Part shown: in pieces, positions 36,981 to 41,143 of the stretch
How positions within the stretch are numbered: position 1 is the first letter of the stretch
How the letters are laid out: each line of letters starts with the position of its first letter
Origin: Promethearchaeota archaeon
Lineage (GTDB): Archaea; Asgardarchaeota; Lokiarchaeia; Sigyniarchaeales; SOKP01
Length of the DNA: 41,143 nucleotides
NCBI GenBank assembly: GCA_011364925.1
Contig: RDOA01000031.1
Location: 1 to 41,143, forward strand
Direction: 5' to 3'
Translations under genes and position numbers: made by a program
The notes under the pieces: generated by a model
The model's database searches: none
Told to the model about the DNA's origin: nothing
Seen by the model: only the letters and a program-made list of their open reading frames with translations

Positions 36981-37631
36981 CTACAGCTCATTTAGATCTT
37001 CAAGTGTGTTGATATTTCTAAAGGAAAAGAGATTTGGATCTATTTTTTTGAGATCTTCTTCGATGGAAATGTAGTTAGTTTTCCATTCTATACTAATCAT
37101 GCTTGTCAACTTGTATTGGTTCTGCTTTATGTTCCTAAGTGATGTTTCGCAAGCTTTTGCGATGGGATAAATTGCGAGTAATGGTTCTAACAATCCATCC
37201 TTCCATTTTGGAATACAACAATCAAATTCTTGACATTGATTAATTAAGAACTTAATGACTTCAAATTTAACAAGTGGAATATCGCATGGAAGTACTAACA
37301 CTTTAGAATAATTCAGTTTTTTTAATTCTTTAAAAGCGGAATATAATCCAATTAGCGGTAAATTTGATTCTAGCCCAATTTTGAGCTCCTCGTCATCAAT
37401 AATAAAACCCATAATTTTTTTAATATCAGCACTATCAATATACTTTTGAACTTGATATTTAGAATTGGCAACTAGGAAGATATCAACCTTAAATCGAGAA
37501 AGTGTATCTAATTGGTGATCAATTAAAGGCTTATCTTGAAATTCATAAAGCCCTTTGTCTGTTCCAAACCGTGTACTTTTTCCACCAATTAATATTGCGA
37601 AAGCAAGATTTTTGTCTCTAGCACTAATAAT
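36981..37631 (-). CDS. mobA: Molybdenum cofactor guanylyltransferase
   Basis: The frame extends upstream of the ORF-track ATG (37412) and contains FAILIGGKSTRFGTDKG; downstream are PLIGLYSA, LPCDIP, LEPLLAIY and SFRNINTLEDL. No ATG/GTG/TTG upstream; ATT at 37631 or 37628 follows AAGGAAGGT. Confidence 0.88.
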   Translation of the reverse strand: MISARDKNLAFAILIGGKSTRFGTDKGLYEFQDKPLIDHQLDTLSRFKVDIFLVANSKYQVQKYIDSADIKKIMGFIIDDEELKIGLESNLPLIGLYSAFKELKKLNYSKVLVLPCDIPLVKFEVIKFLINQCQEFDCCIPKWKDGLLEPLLAIYPIAKACETSLRNIKQNQYKLTSMISIEWKTNYISIEEDLKKIDPNLFSFRNINTLEDLNEL

Positions 37632-37756
37632 CTTGAAACCTTCCTTCGAAATTATTTATACTTTATTAAATCAATTATTAAAAGTTATAACTCATTTAAA
37701 TTAATTGTATCTATTGTAGATTATGAATTCTCTTTTTCAAGCATCTATATATTATT

Positions 37757-39277
37757 ATGTTCACAAATAAAAACCAGGAAGAAGTAGAAAAACCTCGAGA
37801 ACATTGTGCTGTTTTTGGTGTGACATGCGATGATGAAACGTATTCAATCTCAAGATTTCTGTATCTTGGATTAATATCTCAACAACATCGCGGTCAAGAA
37901 TCCACAGGAATTTCTGTTCTAAAAACAGGAGGATCTATTGTTACGTATAAGGACAAAGGTTTAGTTTCTAAGGTATTGGATGATCATGTATTATCGAATA
38001 TTTGGGGAAATGTCGGAATAGGTCATAATAGGTATGCTACAACTGGATCACAAGAGTTCGGATCTCCTGATTACATGCAACCCCTTCATTTCAAAAATAA
38101 TGAAATAGAGTTTTCCCTAGCGTTCAATGGAACAATACCTAATTACGCAGAAATTAAACAAGATTTAGAAGACTCTGGCAGGATTTTTGTAACAAACACC
38201 GATACCGAAGTGGTTGCCCAATTAATTGCTACCATTGCATTAAAAACTAAAAGTTGGCCTGAAATCTTAAAAACAGCTAGCACCTCCTTGGACGGGTCGT
38301 ATTCCTTATTAATATTAAATGCTCAAGGAGCTATCTATGCGATAAGAGATCCGTTAGGATTTAAGCCCTTATGTTTAGGAGAACTACATACTGAACAGCG
38401 TAATTATTATATTGTCTCCTCTGAATCTTGTGGTATAGATGTATTAGGTGGGAAACTCATTAGGGATGTGGAACCCGGAGAGGTTGTGCATTTAAGTCAT
38501 CGAAAAGGATTGCATTCGGAAATTATGGTTAAAAGCGATAGAACCGCATTATGCCAATTCGAGTTCGTTTATTTCGCCCGTCCTGATTCTGTTGTGGATG
38601 GCGTTTCCGTTGCTCAAGTAAGGCGACAATTAGGGATAAACTTAGCTAAAAAGGATCCGCTCTTGAACGATCCTAAATTTAAAGAAAATGCAATTGTAGT
38701 TCCAGTACCTGATTCTGGAAGAAGCGTTGCAGTTGGTTACGCTTACGAAGCGAACTTACCATATGTAGAGGGACTTATGAAGAATCGATATGTGTGGCGC
38801 ACATTTATTATGCCAGGTCAGAAACGGAGAGAAGCAGCAGTTAAGGAAAAACTGAATCCAATTAAAGCTTTCGTTGAAGGCAAAAACGTAATCATTTTAG
38901 ATGATTCAATCGTAAGAGGTACTACTACAACAAAGATAATTAACTTGATAAGAGAAGCTGGTGCGATATCAGTCAATGTAAGGATTAGTTGTCCTCCCGT
39001 AATTAGACCGTGTTATATGGGGATTGATTTTCCTACTACTTCAGAATTAATTGCCGGAAACTTCAAAGAGCGTTATGGAGATGATAACTATATCGAAGAA
39101 ATTCGAAAACAAATAGGAGCCGATTCTTTGCGTTATCAAACTATTGAAGACCTTATAGCTGCTATCGGAAAGAAAAGGAATCAATTATGCTTAGCGTGTT
39201 TAACGGGAGAATACCCTCTTAAATCTGTTAACAAGATAATAGAGATGGAGAGAGCAATATCTTCTGACAGAGTATAA
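37757..39277 (+). CDS. purF: Amidophosphoribosyltransferase
   Basis: Propeptide PREH|CAVFG, QHRGQES, GHNRYAT, RDPLGFKPL, CQFEFVYFARPDS, DDSIVRGTT, PCYMGIDFPT, CLACLTGEYP. Confidence 0.97.
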   Translation: MFTNKNQEEVEKPREHCAVFGVTCDDETYSISRFLYLGLISQQHRGQESTGISVLKTGGSIVTYKDKGLVSKVLDDHVLSNIWGNVGIGHNRYATTGSQEFGSPDYMQPLHFKNNEIEFSLAFNGTIPNYAEIKQDLEDSGRIFVTNTDTEVVAQLIATIALKTKSWPEILKTASTSLDGSYSLLILNAQGAIYAIRDPLGFKPLCLGELHTEQRNYYIVSSESCGIDVLGGKLIRDVEPGEVVHLSHRKGLHSEIMVKSDRTALCQFEFVYFARPDSVVDGVSVAQVRRQLGINLAKKDPLLNDPKFKENAIVVPVPDSGRSVAVGYAYEANLPYVEGLMKNRYVWRTFIMPGQKRREAAVKEKLNPIKAFVEGKNVIILDDSIVRGTTTTKIINLIREAGAISVNVRISCPPVIRPCYMGIDFPTTSELIAGNFKERYGDDNYIEEIRKQIGADSLRYQTIEDLIAAIGKKRNQLCLACLTGEYPLKSVNKIIEMERAISSDRV

Positions 39278-39304
39278 TAAGTACTTAAGGTTTACAACTA
39301 AATT

Positions 39305-41143
39305 TTACGAGATATGTTGAAATTGATGTAATCCACCAACTAATTGTCCCGTGCTGATTCCAGCATCTCCAGGAGGAACTATATTGTGCTCTAGAAAAGT
39401 TAGTCCGTTTTGTTGAACTTTATTTCTTATAGCACTGGAAAATAAAGAGTTATATGCTACGCCTCCAGTCAAGCCAATTTTATCAATTTTATTAAATTCC
39501 GCAATTATTATAGCTAAATCCGCAAATGATTCACCAAAAACCTGATGAAACTTTGCAGCGATATCGTGTTTATTATTTTTTGGATTATCAAGAAGGTCGA
39601 GTATGTTTATTATTATTTCCGATGTATTTATAAAGAAGCGACCGTTTTTCCTGTAATATTTAATCTCCAAATCAATGTTGTCCGGATTTCCTTTTGAGGC
39701 GAACCCTTCGAGCCTCATAGCAGGCTCCCCTCTATATGTTTTTATGTTAGACGCCCCTAATAAGTAAGATACCGCATCAAATATTCTCCCGGTAGAACTT
39801 GATAGCGGGATGCTATATCCTAAAGAGGATTTGTCAACATTTTCGAATTGAGAGATAATAGCTTTTACTTCAACATTTTTATACTCTAAGTCGTTCTTTA
39901 ACCCAATTTTATCAAAAATCTTCTTGCATTCCTGTATTTCGAGAGAATTCAATAGAATCGATGCCGCCATCCGAGCAGGATACTTGGTACAACGATCGCC
40001 TCCAATCATAGGCTGGTATTGTAATTGACCTAATCGTTCGTAGTTATTATAGCTACTTAGAAGAATTTCCCCTCCCCAAACTTTTCCATCATCACCATAT
40101 CCTACTCCATCTACGCTAATTCCAACAATCTTCTCGTGAGGAGGGATATTATTTTCAGCCATGAGACTAAGAACATGAGCGTAGTGGTGCTGAATACTGT
40201 AAATGTCAACTTTATATTGGGTTCCTAATTCCCGGGCTAATTTAGTTGATGTGAAACCGGGATGATGGTCACACGCAATAAACTCTATCTCCGGATCGTC
40301 TATTTTCAGAAGTTTCTTCATGTGTAGTAAAGATTGTTTCAAAAACTCGTAAGTTTCTAAATGTGTCACATTCCCTATGTGTTGCGTTGGAAAGACTCGA
40401 TTGTTCCTAAGGACTGCTCCAGTCACGGCTAATTCTGGACCCATAGCCATTGCTCCAGAAATATTAACCTCAAAAGGTAAAGGTAAATACTCCGGCACAT
40501 AACCCCGCGATCGTCTTATAATTTTCACTGCACCGTTGTGAATTCGTAATACGCTGTCATCGGTTCTCTGATATATTGGTCGATTATGAAGTAGATAAAA
40601 ATCGGCTAAACTACTAAGTTGGTCAAAGATTTTCTCGTTCTCAATTGCCATAGGGACGTTAGATTTGTTTCCACTGGTATAAACTAATGGTAATTCTCCA
40701 AGATACTCGAACAAAAGATGATGGATTCCTGAATAAGGAAGCATTATACCTATATTATTCAAACCAGGAGCTACAAAATCGCTAATGAAAGAGCTTTTAT
40801 AATTCGCACTTTTTTCTAACAACACGATAGGTCTTCGAAAGGATGTTAATAATTCTCTTTCCTTAGGTGTAACCCTGAAATGCCCTTCCAGAAGTCCTAA
40901 GTTTGGAATCATCAAGGCAAAAGGCTTGTATTTACGTTTTCCCTTCCTTTTACGTAGTTTCAATACCACGTTATCGTCATTGGCGAGACAGACTAAATGT
41001 ACTCCTCCGATTCCCTTAATCGCTGCAATTTCTCCATCTTTTATTCTTTTGGAAGTAATTTTTAAAATTTCGTCAATGGAATCTGTTCTTATTAAATTTT
41101 GATTTTTGTCGTAAAGTTGATAATTTGGTCCGCAAACGGAACA
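39305..41143 (-). CDS. hypF: [NiFe]-hydrogenase maturation carbamoyltransferase; 3' part only, start beyond the window
   Basis: The frame is open to the window end (CSVCGP, AAIKGIGGVHLVC); KPFALM, MLPYSGIH, TSGN, DDSV, RRSRGYVP, QHIG, QHHYAH, DGVGYG, SSTGRIFDA, GGVAYN, PGDAGISTGQ. Confidence 0.96.
   Translation of the reverse strand, partial: CSVCGPNYQLYDKNQNLIRTDSIDEILKITSKRIKDGEIAAIKGIGGVHLVCLANDDNVVLKLRKRKGKRKYKPFALMIPNLGLLEGHFRVTPKERELLTSFRRPIVLLEKSANYKSSFISDFVAPGLNNIGIMLPYSGIHHLLFEYLGELPLVYTSGNKSNVPMAIENEKIFDQLSSLADFYLLHNRPIYQRTDDSVLRIHNGAVKIIRRSRGYVPEYLPLPFEVNISGAMAMGPELAVTGAVLRNNRVFPTQHIGNVTHLETYEFLKQSLLHMKKLLKIDDPEIEFIACDHHPGFTSTKLARELGTQYKVDIYSIQHHYAHVLSLMAENNIPPHEKIVGISVDGVGYGDDGKVWGGEILLSSYNNYERLGQLQYQPMIGGDRCTKYPARMAASILLNSLEIQECKKIFDKIGLKNDLEYKNVEVKAIISQFENVDKSSLGYSIPLSSSTGRIFDAVSYLLGASNIKTYRGEPAMRLEGFASKGNPDNIDLEIKYYRKNGRFFINTSEIIINILDLLDNPKNNKHDIAAKFHQVFGESFADLAIIIAEFNKIDKIGLTGGVAYNSLFSSAIRNKVQQNGLTFLEHNIVPPGDAGISTGQLVGGLHQFQHIS

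Noticed and set aside
1-41143. CRISPR array, rRNA, transposase/integrase or tRNA-anchored island
   Set aside because: No regularly spaced repeats, rRNA-like segment or recombinase ORF was seen, and I noticed no duplicate of the tRNA 3' end. This was checked by eye only.

Overview
AT-rich archaeal chromosomal window, most consistent with an Asgard (Lokiarchaeia-like) archaeon. This is an inference from the co-occurrence of Hdr/Mvh/Fwd genes with Rab- and Rag/Arf-like small GTPases, a roadblock protein, a longin-like domain and a coat-appendage-like domain. Energy metabolism is represented by two paralogous hdrCBA-mvhD operons with different downstream partners (an FlxC/FrhB-like gene, versus an FwdF-like polyferredoxin plus an elongated MvhG), and by fwdA, mobA, hypF and a CCG oxidoreductase. 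A four-gene plus-strand cluster encodes a 7TM protein, a HAMP-TPR-vWA membrane protein, a HAMP-only membrane protein and a beta-propeller/coat-appendage/Zn-ribbon protein. A cysteine locus contains cysE, cysK, an Lrp regulator, an unusual tRNA-Cys and cysS. Embedded in that locus is the best candidate for a new system: an operon-like run of ArsR, a Rag-like GTPase, a MASE3-PAS histidine kinase and a response regulator whose output domain looks like a uDENN/longin domain, with an arginine at the position of the folliculin/NPRL2 GAP finger. Two conserved genes appear to need non-canonical start codons (CTG, ATT). No CRISPR array, rRNA or mobile element was seen. All domain calls are by-eye motif recognition, not database results.
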